DNA of 64,000 bases, from positions 138,942,001-139,006,000 of the forward strand of contig OX597814.1 of assembly GCA_951406725.2 (NCBI GenBank). Reading direction: 5' to 3'. This document shows positions 39,930-53,239 of this stretch, one piece after another. Source of the DNA: Octopus vulgaris. Taxonomy: Eukaryota. Both the position numbers and the translations under genes were made by a program. The first letter of the stretch is position 1, and every line of letters begins with the position of its first letter. The notes under the pieces are model-generated. The model did no database searches, was not told the DNA's origin, and saw nothing but the letters and a program-made list of their open reading frames with translations.

Positions 39930-40620
39930 TTTCAGATTTATCATGCCTTTGATGTCGTAATCACTTGTAGTGTGCGAATTATGTAATAACATTCTTTCTC
40001 CAAGAATTCAGGCGCATGAATGATTTGATCCTGGCGTGTTGGTACACCTCTCTCTAAAATAATGGGTTTGATTCTGAAACTGAATTTTGGAGACTGGATT
40101 AACAAATTCCTTATCAATATCCTATACATGTCGTCTTTCTCTTATATTTTTCTGAGCACATTAATGTTGAGTAATTGATATTCACGATAGAATATTTGTT
40201 ATTCATTTTTGATTCCAAACATCAAGTTGTTATGTTTTTATTTAGTTGTTTTTAATTTGAAGGCCCACTATTTTTTCTTTTTTTCGCATTCTACTTCAAA
40301 TTCTTCTGGCTTCAACATCATGCCTCTCAGGGAGGTAGCACCTGGAGGGTAATCTTTACAGTTGGCGATAATGTGGTTAATGTCTTCGGTATTGGTTTTA
40401 CATAGCCAGCCTACATTTTTGTTAGTTGATGCTTTGTTTTCCATGGTACTTGGTGAGCATTCCTAGCTAACAGATAGCATGGAGGTAACTTTCAAGGTGA
40501 GCTGCTACAAACCTACCAGAGTACTCTGCTTTATTCTTTCTTTGGTTTGAGATTTGTCTGAAATACTTGTGTGCAATCTCTTCAGCGTTCATTAGGATTT
40601 TTTGTGGGAAATCTGTTAGG
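39930..40620 (-). mobile_element. Decayed R4/Dong-type LINE fragment, same lineage as 27590-28572
   Basis: Minus strand gives AAHLESYLHAI, LCKTNTEDINHIIANCK, YLPERHDVEA and MYRILIRNLLIQSPKFSFRIKPIIL...IIRTLQV. Confidence 0.8.
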
Positions 40621-41889
40621 TAAGATTAAATTGTTTGCCCAGGTCGGGACAAAACTCAGAGTAAACTGTCAACATTTTTTAATGACAAACACGTATGCGC
40701 ACATATGTGTGTATGCGCTTTTGTTTTTGCCTGTGTTCATTTGTTTACAACCTCGTAAGTTAGTGGTTCGACGAATAGAACAAATACCAGATTTTAAAAA
40801 CTTGTATCTGTATGCAACCTCTTCAGTCTTCATTAGGATTTTTTGGAAAATCTGTTGGGTAGATTATATAAAAGAATTCCTTCATTGCATCTGATTCACA
40901 ACTGTTCCTATAAATAATGTACTTGCCTTACTAATATTTTGCTTTCGCTCAAAGACTAAAAACATACGCTACCAGAACCATTTGAATAAAAATATAATGA
41001 CGTCACATTTTCCGTTTAAAATATTTTTTTATTTCAGGAGGAAAGTGTGACGTTATGTTATTCATATTAGTGGATTATTTATAGATGGGTATCAGAGGTT
41101 CCGAATATTCAAAGAGAAAATATATTAATGGCAGACTTAAGACTACCATTTTGTCGTAATGTGATGCTTCTACTTATTCTTTTCAAGTAAATAATTACTC
41201 TGTCATTTTAACAAGTTGTCATTTGGAGAATGCTTTTAGTGCATTATGTTTCGCTCTTTACCGATATACAACTAACTGGCAATTACCACTGTCAAAACAT
41301 CATATCAAGCTAAAGGCCTGTAAACTGTTTCATTTTAAACACTTCAAAATTAATTGAAGATTGAACAAAAAAACAAAGACTTGACATTATAATTGTTTGT
41401 CTACTTTAATTTGTTATTCAGACGAATATTCTCTAAATATTTTAGTCGTTATGATCTTAAAACAATAATTAGATAACTTCAAAATATATGTATTATAACG
41501 ATTGATAAGTCAAATATATTATTTCCTTTTAATTCGGCGTTAATTTGGCATAATAATAATGTTTCAGAAATAACTGTTTTAAAGATATTAGTTTTCTTCG
41601 AATCAATTCTCTCTCGAGAAATTTTCTAGTAACAATTGCTAGTTAATTAGATTTCTTCATGTGGTCTTGAAGGAGTTGAGGTCTTTTAGTTTATAACACA
41701 GAAAACTACCTGATCCAGTCAAATGTTCCCACTCGATTTTTATTTGCAGCAAAGCTATTACATTACATGCGGACGTCGCTAATGTACATTCTTACTACTG
41801 TTTGTTTATTTACCACATTGGTTTAAATGAAGCGGAGTAATTAAAATGTATAACTTTTTAACACTTTTTGAAATAAATTAACAAGTGGT

Positions 41890-42090
41890 TTCCAATTTTG
41901 GTATAAGGCCAGCAATTTCGGGGGAAGGGGATAGGTAAGTCGATTACACTTACCCTAGTGCTCAACTGGTACTTATTTTATAGATCCCCGAAATTATGAA
42001 GAGTTTAATCGATCTCAGAACGTAAAATCGAATGAAATACGTTAAGAATTTCGCTCGACGTGCAAACCATTTTGCTACCTCACCGCCACG
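41890..42090 (-). mobile_element. Degraded SINE family A copy
   Basis: AAGTCGATTACA...CAACTGGTACTTATTTTATAGATCCCCGAAA...CTCAGAACGTAAAA. Confidence 0.7.
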
Positions 42091-43764
42091 TTATGTTAAT
42101 TAACAGTGATTCCATTTCAAGTATATTTATCATTTGAAATTAGATTATCTACAATCAGAGCGCACGTCGGGCAAATTTTGTCCATTTGTCCAATGTGGTG
42201 ACCAAAATGAAAATGGGAGGAGGAAAAGTTCGCGCAAGTTCTTTGGTAGCACTATTTCTGTTAGTGGGTAGTATAATTAATTCTCCTTCTGTTTTAAAAC
42301 AACCACCTAGCCCTTGGATGTCTTTTGCACAGACCAAGCTGTTGCAAGCATTGAGGTCAGGTTTCTAGTCAAGGGGATACTGGAGGAATCGTGAGTGTTA
42401 TTTTTTTCTTCTTTTACCAAGCCATTAAAAACACTGCTTTGAGTATTAATTTTTAGAGACACAACCGTCTGGAATTCATTCTCTATCCATGCATTTGTAT
42501 CCCAAGTATTTCAGATTAAACAAAAACTTACTCGGTCATTTAAAACCCATATCTCAATCCTTGAACGGAGAAATTACGTGCATGGGAACTCCCCAGCTCC
42601 TCGAACTGAAAATTAACAAAAGCAACTGCTAAAACTTTAGCATAAATTATATTAGATACTGTATGCACAGTTTGAAGTACAAAAGAACTAGAGCAATATC
42701 TTATAATTTGAGAAAATAGAAAGACAAACGATTTCAAATCTTCTCTGTAGCACAATTCTTCAACGAGATATATTCTTCCTTTCTTCGTGTCTCATACATA
42801 CAGGCGTCGGTGGTCATGCACCTCACGCTTTCTGATCCCCTCACCCCACGGAACTTTGCACATTATTGAATCATTTTCTCCAACCCAGTTGGTAAGACCA
42901 TCGACTGTTTTCCCTTTCCGTAATATATGGTGGAGTGGCGTGGGGAGTTCTCCCGTTTCAAAGCTGAAGACTTTTTTCTTTTCATATGAACTGAGTGTTA
43001 TCTTCTTGTCTCGTTGTGAAGCTTTCTGATGCCCTTTGCTCATCTAACAATCTTGTTGTTTGTTGCTCTGTCAGCATACCACACCCTCAGTATTTGACTA
43101 TAGAACCACATCCATGCAGGATGAATAAGCTTTTGTACTTGTTTGCTGAAGCTCAAATCTGCACTTATTTGTTGATATTCCATACCACATAATCATATAT
43201 TGGGGTGGGATCTATGTTTGCCCTTATGCTATAATTATTTACCTCATTCTTATAGATCACCGTTTATTTGATAATATATCTTACTAATATACATATTTCA
43301 TGTTTCATTTGAGGGTATATCACTTTCTGCTGGTGCTTCCATAATGTTTAATAAAGAGTATTGTATAATAGGAAGTGTATACAGTGCATATTCTGATCAT
43401 ATGATACTAAATATAAACCATAGTTAGACTCACCATAGTACATTCTCTAACTAAGTCTTTTGTGTGGTGTCATCTAAAGAGACTAGGTTTCAGATGGTGT
43501 TAACTAGGGGACCGATTAGACGCAGATATCGAGCACAGTTCATTACACGCGTTTCCGTAGTTTCTGTCTACCCAAACTAAGTTATAAAACTCGAGATCAT
43601 AGTAGACGATATTTTCCCAAGATGCTACACAACCAGATGGAATGTGGAGCCAAGGAGTTGATGATCCACACGGAAAAATTGAGCTGAGTAACTGGGCAAA
43701 TTTTTTCAATAACATTAATATCTTTATGTACATCCTCAAATGCGTCTCTCTTTACTGTCTTTTA

Positions 43765-44160
43765 CGCTTTTACTTGTTTCAATTATTTGACTGTGGCCAT
43801 GCTGGAGCACCGCTTTTAGTCGAGGAAATTGACACCAGGACTTATACTTTGTAAGCTTAGTACTTATTCTATCGGCATCTTTTGCCGAACCGCTCGGTTA
43901 CGGGGACGTAAACACACCACCATCGGTTGTCAAGCGATGTTGGGGGGACAAGCAAACACACAAACATATGCACACACATACACATATATATATATATACT
44001 TATATACGACGGGGTTTTTTGAGTTTCCATCTACCGAATCCAATCAAAAGGCTTTGGTCCGAGGCTAAAGTAGAAGACACAAGGTGCCACACAAACGGAC
44101 TGAACTCGGAACCATGTGGCTGGTAAGCAAGCTACTTACTACACAGCCACTCCTGCGCCT
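43765..44160 (-). mobile_element. Full-length SINE family B copy
   Basis: Minus strand begins GGCGCAGGAGTGGCTGTGTAGTAAGTAGCTTGCTTACCAGCCACATGGTTCCGAGTTCAGTCC (A and B boxes) and ends GGTGCTCCAGCATGGCCACAGTCAAATAATTGAAACAAGTAAAAG. Confidence 0.9.
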
Positions 44161-44180
44161 ATGGATTTTTCTTTTATAAT

Positions 44181-44207
<27 letters not shown>

Positions 44208-44212
<5 letters not shown>

Positions 44213-44292
44213 TATATTTATTCGTATACAAAGATAGTGTAAGTAGCACATACTTATATTTATTCGTATACAAAGATAGTGTAAGTAGCACA
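44208..44292. repeat. Perfect 42-bp tandem duplication
   Basis: TACTTATATTTATTCGTATACAAAGATAGTGTAAGTAGCACA occurs twice in tandem. Confidence 0.95.
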
Positions 44293-44811
44293 AACAGGAA
44301 ATCTTGTATATTTTTACAATTTCGCAATACCGAACTCATCTCTGCATAAGCCATACTTAAAGGAATTATCTGAAGGCGGCAAACGAATATGTAACGAAAT
44401 GAAAGAAATATCAAATCACATTTGCCAATATCTAATGCAAAAAGCTTTGTGTCTCTACTTTGCGAGGGTAATATTACCAAACACTTACAAATGTATGTTA
44501 CGCATGCGATTGAATCATAAATGGAATTTGTATACGTAGTTCTTGATGTGAAGTTTCAAATTTTTCAGTTGTTGCCAGCCAGTATGGCTGCAAATTCATA
44601 GTCTGCACATTCATTTCCTGCCCCCCATTCAGTCTGTTTTAGTGCCAGAAAAATAAGTGAGAGAGCAACCTTCTTTTTAATAATATCACTACTGTGAGAT
44701 CATTTTATGTGATTAATCATTAACTAAGATTTAAAATGCTATCTGCTAGTAAAATTATCTTCTACTATCTACTATTAGATTATTCACAATTTTTCAAAAA
44801 CCTGATAATAC

Positions 44812-44865
<54 letters not shown>

Positions 44866-45859
44866 CGTTGTTGTTGCTGTCGTCGTTGTTGTTTAGCCCC
44901 GCTTCAACACGATCATGTACACCATATCCGTTTAGGATTTGTGTTCTCTCATGTTTGAGACGGCGGTGTACGATTTGAGGGAAATTTGGTTTTCAACATG
45001 AAAGGCGAAGATAACTCCTGATGGATTTTATCTAAGATAAACACATTCGAAATGGATACATTAGTACAAATACAAAGACTATGTTTTATAATATGTTTTT
45101 CTCCTTTTTGAACATATGGTGTGATTGAGGTGAATTTAACATGGCATAACTAGTAGGTTGAATAACCACGAAAAGCGCTAATTTGCTGACTCGCTCACGA
45201 AGAAGCTATTGGAGTTCATCCATTAGAGAGATCCTTAATTATAGTTTAAACATTCAAAACCAGAAAGCAAAACAGAAAAGGCTTTCACTCGCGTTACGGA
45301 ATATATAAGGAAGTATAGAAATGTCTGATAGCAAATACACAATGAAACGAAAGTAAGTCTATACGAATACCATTTGATGGGGTCAAAGTCAATCTGCATG
45401 AAAACAAGCATATGTGTCTTTAAACTCAACAGGAAAGACGGATATTAAATAAGAACGAGAAAGAAAACTAATTCTCGAGCAATAAAAACTTACTTTTATG
45501 ACTTTCGAATAGTTGCAGTGAAACTGTCAGCAGCTAAGTCACAGTTATGCGTCAAAAGTTTTGGCCCATGAAATACATATAAATTCAAAACTTTACAGTT
45601 TTGTGTGTTATCAGATATATACTTCCACGAAGTATTTCCGTCAGTTCTACGGCCTCAGAGCGGATGACTAAAAATTTCTCAAGGTAGTGCCCCAGCACGG
45701 GCGCACTCTTATGACTGAAAAAAGTAAAAGACAAAAGATACACACATACACACACAAACACACACTCACACACGCACACATCACACACGCATACATATAT
45801 ATTTATATTTACATATTTACATATAATATATATGTACATATATATATATACGCGTTTAT

Positions 45860-45900
<41 letters not shown>

Positions 45901-45954
45901 CATACATACATACATACATACATACATACATACATACATACATACATACATACA

Positions 45955-45990
<36 letters not shown>

Positions 45991-46167
45991 TCACATCACT
46001 AGCTGGTGATTATCATACAATGAAGACGGGTAACTATTCAGAAACCCGGGTCCTAAAATATACTTCATGATAAAATTATTTTACCATTTTCTACTATGTC
46101 TTATTTTCTTATTTAAACTTATACATATCAACTCGCATGTTACTCTTCTACCTTATATATATATATA

Positions 46168-46345
46168 ATAAAATATTAGGGAATAAATCCAAACTTACAG
46201 GGAAAAATCAGATTTAGGATTAAATCCAATTTTATAGTATAAATATATTATATTATATTATATTAAATTAGAGATAAAACCACTATTAGGCAAATCAAGC
46301 AATGAAAAACATAAGCCAATACATAAAATTAATTAATTAATTTAT
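46168..46345 (-). mobile_element. Tail of the hammerhead-bearing family seen at 15730-15905
   Basis: AATATTAGGGAATAAATCCAAACTTACAGGGAAAAATCAGATTTAGG is the reverse complement of 15850-15900, followed by GAGATAAAACCACTATT. Starts at a TA tract. Confidence 0.75.
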
Positions 46346-46408
46346 ATTATTTTAAATATATATCAAAAGTATTAAAAGTTTAATAAAAGATAAAGAGTAA
46401 AACACTAC

Positions 46409-46441
<33 letters not shown>

Positions 46442-46539
46442 TGTATGTATGTATGTATGTGTGTGTGTGTATGTATGTGTGTGTGTATGTATGTATGTAT
46501 GTATGTATGTATGTATGTATGTATGTATGTATGTATGCA

Positions 46540-46695
46540 TATACGAAGGGCTTCTTTCAATTTTCGTCTATCAAATCCACTCGCACGGAATTGGTCGACC
46601 CGAGGCAATAGTAGAAAACACTTGCCCAAGGTGCTAGGAAGTCGGACTGAACCCGGAACACTGAGACTGGAAAGCAAATATCTTACCACACATGA
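46540..46695 (-). mobile_element. SINE family B, 5' half
   Basis: ACGAAGGGCTTCTTTCAATTTTCGTCTATCAAATCCACTC...ACACTTGCCCAAGGTGC...GGACTGAACCCGGAAC. Confidence 0.8.
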
Positions 46696-46735
46696 ATACA
46701 CACATACACACACACACATACACACACACGTATGT

Positions 46736-46767
<32 letters not shown>

Positions 46768-47289
46768 GAATTGCGAGCGTATGAAATTTAGGCATGTAAC
46801 GATATCAATATACATACATGCATATATAGGCATATATATAAATACACACACACATACATATATATATACACACATGAATATATATGTATACATATATATA
46901 CATATGTATACACGCGCTTATATACATGCATAAATACAAACGCACGCACACATACACATACACACACACACACTCATATACGCGCAGACATATACTTACG
47001 TCCATGTGTGTGTTTGTAATTTAGGTATGTAATTTCATCCATAGCGAGCGAGTATTGTCGGCATTTTCCAAAATCATGCACAATTTATTCCATTTACTGG
47101 TCTATTTATTCGTGCAGCTCCTCTATACACCACACTCAACATCTATTAATAATGTCAATGTGATCTACATCTTTCAATATAGCTGTAACTCGAACAAAAC
47201 ACGCTACTGCAAAATATATTAATGCACACGCAAACACAACACACACACACACATACACACACACATAATACATGTATACACACGCGGAT

Positions 47290-47321
<32 letters not shown>

Positions 47322-47338
47322 GAACTTAGCCATGCACA

Positions 47339-47785
47339 TATACAACCACGTATATACAAATTAACACGCATACACTCTCTCTCACACACACAGAACCAAA
47401 TAAACCACACGGGTATGTGTATGCGTATGCGTGTATGTTTGTGTATGTATGCATGTGTACGCGTGTGTGTGTATCTCTCTGGACTCTCTGTGTATCAGTA
47501 TATACATATGTACACGCGCGCGAGTGTGTGTGTACATATATATGGTCATAAGCATGTGTATGACAGAGAGACGAGTGATAGAGTATGGTGGTATGCAGTC
47601 ATGCACCTACCCGATTTCCTGAAACATATATCCTGACACACACAGAGTCCAGAGAGACACATACACACGCGTGCACACGCACACGCACATACATGCACAA
47701 ACATACACGCATACGTATACCCGTGTAGTCTATTTGGTTTTCTGTGTGAGAGAGGGAGAGAGTGTATGCGTGTTTAGGTTGTATA
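47339..47785. repeat. Diverged long inverted repeat (arms about 150 bp, spacer about 135 bp)
   Basis: ACAGAACCAAATAAACCACACGGGTAT...CTCTCTGGACTCT pairs with AGAGTCCAGAGAG...ATACCCGTGTAGTCTATTTGGTTTTCTGT. Confidence 0.8.
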
Positions 47786-47879
47786 AGATGTATGTAGGTA
47801 CATATGTATACATGTAGCTATACATACAGATAATCATGCGTACATAGGCATAACCACAAAATCTCTGTCTTTGTGTGTA

Positions 47880-47917
<38 letters not shown>

Positions 47918-48046
47918 GACAGAGAGAGAGAGATGAGGAAGGAGACAGACAGATAGAGAGAGATGGATGCAGGGAGGGAGGGAAAGAGAGAGAGACAGGC
48001 GGACAGACGGACAGACGGGCAGACAAACAGCGACAGACAGAAGAAG

Positions 48047-48103
<57 letters not shown>

Positions 48104-48141
48104 GATAGATAGATAGATAGATAGATAGATAGAGATAGATG

Positions 48142-48230
<89 letters not shown>

Positions 48231-49002
48231 GTACGTAGTCAGGTAGGTAGTTAGGTAGGTAGATAGATAAACAGACAGACAGACAGAGAAGAGGTCCATC
48301 CTTATTTGTATACACATTCATGCAGCCTCACCTATATGCACACACAAGCATTCGTGCATTCATAGATATATACTATTCGTGTACAGAAGAAGAGAGACGG
48401 GTATAAATTATATTTAGTTAGAGAGTGAGGAGAAGGTTAGAAAGACAGACAAGAGAACAGTAGTGGTGTATAAAATTTCGTAATATAGATAGCGAACGCA
48501 AGTGAATGATGGAGAGAGAACGACAGAGAGAGGGGGGAGGAGAGTGTGAGTGAATGATGAGGAGAAATAGACGGTAGTGGCGGGACAAATTGAGAGTAAG
48601 ATAAAAACACGAAAGAGACTGAGAGAGTTATGGCTTAGATGAAGAGAACATTGAAGAAACTTATAGTATTACATAAGTGATAAAAAGGGACAAAAAATTG
48701 CGATACCAGACGATGTTAATAACATAAAGGAAGAGAGTTTGAAATTTCAAAACTGCAGGGTATTAAGGGTGGAAAAAATGGCTGACGTTTTTGCATTTGA
48801 CAGACACCCACTGCAACTCGGGGTAGGTAACTGATGTCGCTATTCTGAGGAAGAATTTCTGCACTACTGTTTATTTTATTTTTCTTTCTTATATAATTTT
48901 CCCCCAGCTGCACTTCTTTTCATTGCTGGCTGCAACTGGTGTCGCTTCTATGACGTAATCTATAAATATAAAGAACAGTGAATGCACACATACACACACA
49001 CA

Positions 49003-49078
<76 letters not shown>

Positions 49079-49184
49079 AAACTACGTATTTTTAAACGGT
49101 CTCATTTACACACATATTCATCACAATCAGACAAAGAGATATACAGACGTGCATACATATAGACACACAAACACACACTCAGAA

Positions 49185-49258
<74 letters not shown>

Positions 49259-49824
49259 ATCATTAGCATCTTTAATATGATCTGCGTCCCTGCTAGCAGT
49301 AATTTGCAGAAGTGGTGGTGGTGCTGGTGCTGGTGCTGGAGGTGGTGCTGGTGCTGGAGGTGCTGGTGGTGCTGGTGGTGGTGGCAGCGATGATGGCAGT
49401 AGTGGTTGCAGTATTCACATCAGCCACCCGATTATTGTTTGCTACCCAAATACTTCAGCATGCCTCGCACTGACATCTGCAGGCACATATGCATTATACA
49501 TGCAGCACGTTCATGCCGTTAATTCATGCACATGCATAGAACCGTTCATTATTCTAAATACCCTGAAATACATAGTTTTATTTTTTTAAGTGGCAGACAC
49601 CCGAGTACATTTCGTATTTGTGATTATGTACGTACGCTCGCTCTTATGTAAAAGTACATACGGACACATATACACATTTTAGACAGCGCTTGCACACAAT
49701 ACCCAGAATAAACCAAAACACACATACACACATAACTATTAAATATACATGTACATACGTAAATATGTACTTATACTTCCACGCACATGTGCACTTCTTT
49801 ATATATATATATATACACATATAC

Positions 49825-49864
<40 letters not shown>

Positions 49865-49947
49865 TGTGTATGTATATGTATATATATATATATATATATA
49901 CATACATACATACATACATACATACATACACACATACATACATATAC

Positions 49948-49992
<45 letters not shown>

Positions 49993-50966
49993 AATATATT
50001 ATATCATTTATTACATATTATATTTATAAATACATACATACATTCATACATACATATTTGTGAAGTATATGCACACGCAACAAACACATATGCGCACGTA
50101 TGATTATGCATGCGTATTTTATAGCCAATTATACGCTTTCCAAAATGCAAATGTATGCACACTGACATACGTAGTTGTACTCGTTGCAACACATTAAATT
50201 ATATAGATAGGGAAAACATTTATTTATTTGAATATATATAATCGTTTCAGACAAAAAAAAAATACAGACAGATCTATAGCGTAGATCTACAAACGTGGAA
50301 ACACGGGAGTAATGACATGATGGGAATAAAGACACACATTTTGTGCATATTTATATTAATGGACAATTTTGTTTAGACGCACAGATACATAGTAACAAGC
50401 GTAGGCATCCTTACATGTCAACACACATGAAATTTTGCACGCAGAATGAAGACTGATACCTCAACGACAGCAGACATACTGATTTTAGCATAATTTTACA
50501 AAATATTCGGCAATTAGGTTCTTATATATAACAGCAGTGACGCAATGGTTACACGGCGTATAACTCCATGCTTCCCTTCCTTGCTGGTACTATTGCATAA
50601 TCGTCTAACAAAACATACGTCTGTCGTAATAGCAGCCGCTCTGATAATTTGACACAGATTTCATGATGGAAGGCACACGTAATATTTCTACCTTCCACTG
50701 TATACATCTCTCAGCCTATATTGCAATCTGGAATATATTCAGACAGAAGACACAAACACACACACACATGCATACACACACGCGCGCACACGCGCACACA
50801 CACACACCTATTTATATATATATATATATATGTAAATAGGTATATATATATAAACATGTTTATATATTTAACTATATATGCTAATACATTTATACATGTA
50901 TGTATATCTGTATGTGTGTGTGTGCAAATCTATACACATTTTTAGATGGAAATATGTATTTGCATG

Positions 50967-51019
<53 letters not shown>

Positions 51020-51047
51020 TATACACATATATATGTATGTATGGATG

Positions 51048-51078
<31 letters not shown>

Positions 51079-51344
51079 ATGTTTATATATGTATATGTAT
51101 ATATATGTATGTATGTATATATATATATCTATATATAGCTGTGTGTGTGTGTGTGCATGTGTGTATGTATGTAAGACAGAGAGATGGGGGAGAATAGAAA
51201 CTTTATGGGTATAAAACCTTCGAAAATTGATTGAATAAAGAATTCATTTTCTTCGAAGCTTCGCCACCCGTAACATCTTCAGATTGAATAAATAAGCCAC
51301 AACTGGCGAAACTTCGACGTAACTGTTAATAGAATTTTAACATG

Positions 51345-51375
<31 letters not shown>

Positions 51376-51416
51376 GTATGTATATATATTTATGTATATA
51401 TATATATATATATATG

Positions 51417-51459
<43 letters not shown>

Positions 51460-51465
<6 letters not shown>

Positions 51466-51577
51466 GACAAAAGAGACCGATAGAATAAGTACTGGGCTTA
51501 CAAAGAATAAGTCCCGGGGTCGATTTGCTCGACTAGAGGCGGTGCTCCTGCATGGCCGCAGTCAAATGATGAAACAA

Positions 51578-51580
<3 letters not shown>
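51460..51580 (+). mobile_element. 3' fragment of SINE family B within a (TA)n tract
   Basis: TTCGACAAAAGAGACCGATAGAATAAGTACT...GCATGGCCGCAGTCAAATGATGAAACAAGTA. Confidence 0.85.
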
Positions 51581-51613
<33 letters not shown>

Positions 51614-51823
51614 CACACCAAGAAAGTTAGAGGTTGTGAATCCAACCCAGTAAGGGATAATATCTATCTAAAATACTGCTGGTAGAATAGCCACTTAATC
51701 ATATACAAGTGTTTTTTATTGCATTGCGATTACATTACCTAGTGTACTAAATGGGTGAAGGTAAAGATATATTTTACCATCAATTTATAGAGCAATAAGA
51801 AAATGGAGGGGATCAATAGGTGG

Positions 51824-52165
51824 TTCATCAACTTTTAGACATTATATTATTTTAACTTATTTATTTATTCACTAAACTGATAATTACAATATTATACATA
51901 CATATAACATATTATGCTTTACAGATAAGATATAAAATATAGTAATAGATAAGGATACCAGTAATTATTATAGAATAGCTGTAAGTTATTTTCCCAATAT
52001 ATATTCATGTTTGTTATTTTACAATAATTACTGGTATCCTTATATATTACTTCATTTTATATGTAAAGCATAATATGTTATATGTATATATTATTGTAAG
52101 TGTCAGTTTAGTAAATAAATAAATAAGTTAACATAATACTCGTATAATGTCTAAAAGTTGATGAA
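51824..52165. repeat. AT-rich long inverted repeat (arms about 155 bp)
   Basis: TTCATCAACTTTTAGACATTATA...TAAGGATACCAGTAATTATT pairs with AATAATTACTGGTATCCTTA...TATAATGTCTAAAAGTTGATGAA. Confidence 0.9.
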
Positions 52166-52183
52166 AAAATATTATATAATATA

Positions 52184-52391
52184 ATTCGAGACAAAACCAC
52201 TATTTTGCAAAACAAACAAGGAAAGACTTAATCAATACATAAAAATTTTTAATATAAAGAATAAACCGCCACTACAATCGTTTCATGTCTTCAGTGACAT
52301 TCGTCATGGATTTTCGATCTCTAATCTGTTTTAATTTATGATCATAAATTAAAACAGATTATCGATCGATTGTAGTGGCGGTTTATTTCTT

Positions 52392-52395
<4 letters not shown>
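52184..52395. mobile_element. Second fold-back copy of the 15529 family, with a damaged hammerhead (52269-52310, minus) and a perfect 40-bp palindrome (52322-52361)
   Basis: The ATTCGAGACAAAACCACTATTTT... arm matches 15529. Minus strand reads CCA TGACGA ATGTC actgaa GACAT GAAA CGATTG TA GTGG. Palindrome TAATCTGTTTTAATTTATGA|TCATAAATTAAAACAGATTA. Confidence 0.85.
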
Positions 52396-52457
<62 letters not shown>

Positions 52458-52950
52458 CATACATATATATATATATATATATATTATATGTATATGTATA
52501 TGTACGTATGTATGTATGTATGGATGGATGGATGGATGGATGGATGGATGGATGGATGGATGGATGGATGGATGGATGGATGGATGTAGAAGGTTGAGAA
52601 GTGACATGTTGATATGTATAAGGAAAATAGGGCAAGGTAGAAAATGCTAAAATAATTTTTACCATGAAGAACATATTAGTACTGGTTTCAGTCTTTGTGA
52701 CTCTTCAAACACGAAAAAGCAAGAAAAACAATTAAATTGTAGAAAAATTAAATTAAATATTTTTTTTTAAATATTTCCATAGTTTTCAAATAGGTGGTGC
52801 ATTTTCCATTCTTCCTCTCTCTCTATCTCTCTCTCCTTCTCTCTCTCCCCCCTCTTTCTCTCTCCATCTCTTAATTTTGTGAAGCCTCAGAAGGTAGGTA
52901 GTAGCAGATCTGACCCATACACACACACATACAATATATATATACATACA

Positions 52951-52996
<46 letters not shown>

Positions 52997-52999
<3 letters not shown>

Positions 53000-53180
53000 T
53001 AGGGGTGGTGAAGAGTTCCTGGCTTTAAGGGTGTCGCGAAAGACATGGTTGGTGACCCAACATTCCGAGTTCTTTTACAGGGCTTAGAAAAACTGAAGGG
53101 CCACGGCAATGCGTATGGGAATTTGAGAGGGGGTATGTTGAATAAAATCTTAACTAATCCACTTGTATTTTCTTTTACAT
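52997..53180 (+). mobile_element. Mariner-derived non-autonomous fragment
   Basis: TIR-like AGGGGTGGTGAAGAGTTCCTGGCTT after (TA)n. QGLEKLKGHGNAYGNLRG(G)YVE* resembles a mariner C-terminus. Confidence 0.55.
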
Positions 53181-53239
53181 ACACGCATATACATATAAAT
53201 ATATATATACACATATTATATTTATATATAAATACATGT

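Noticed and set aside
44696-44716. TGAGATCATT, the start of bantam miRNA
   Set aside because: The match stops after about 10 nt and there is no complementary arm for a precursor hairpin.
52676-52716. Further hammerhead-like remnants: 52676-52716(-) TTGAAGAGTCacaaaGACTGAAACCAGTA, also about 22226(+), 51250-51286(-) and 59330-59356(+)
   Set aside because: Each has two or more defects in core or stems and is not distinguishable from chance by eye, although the context is similar.
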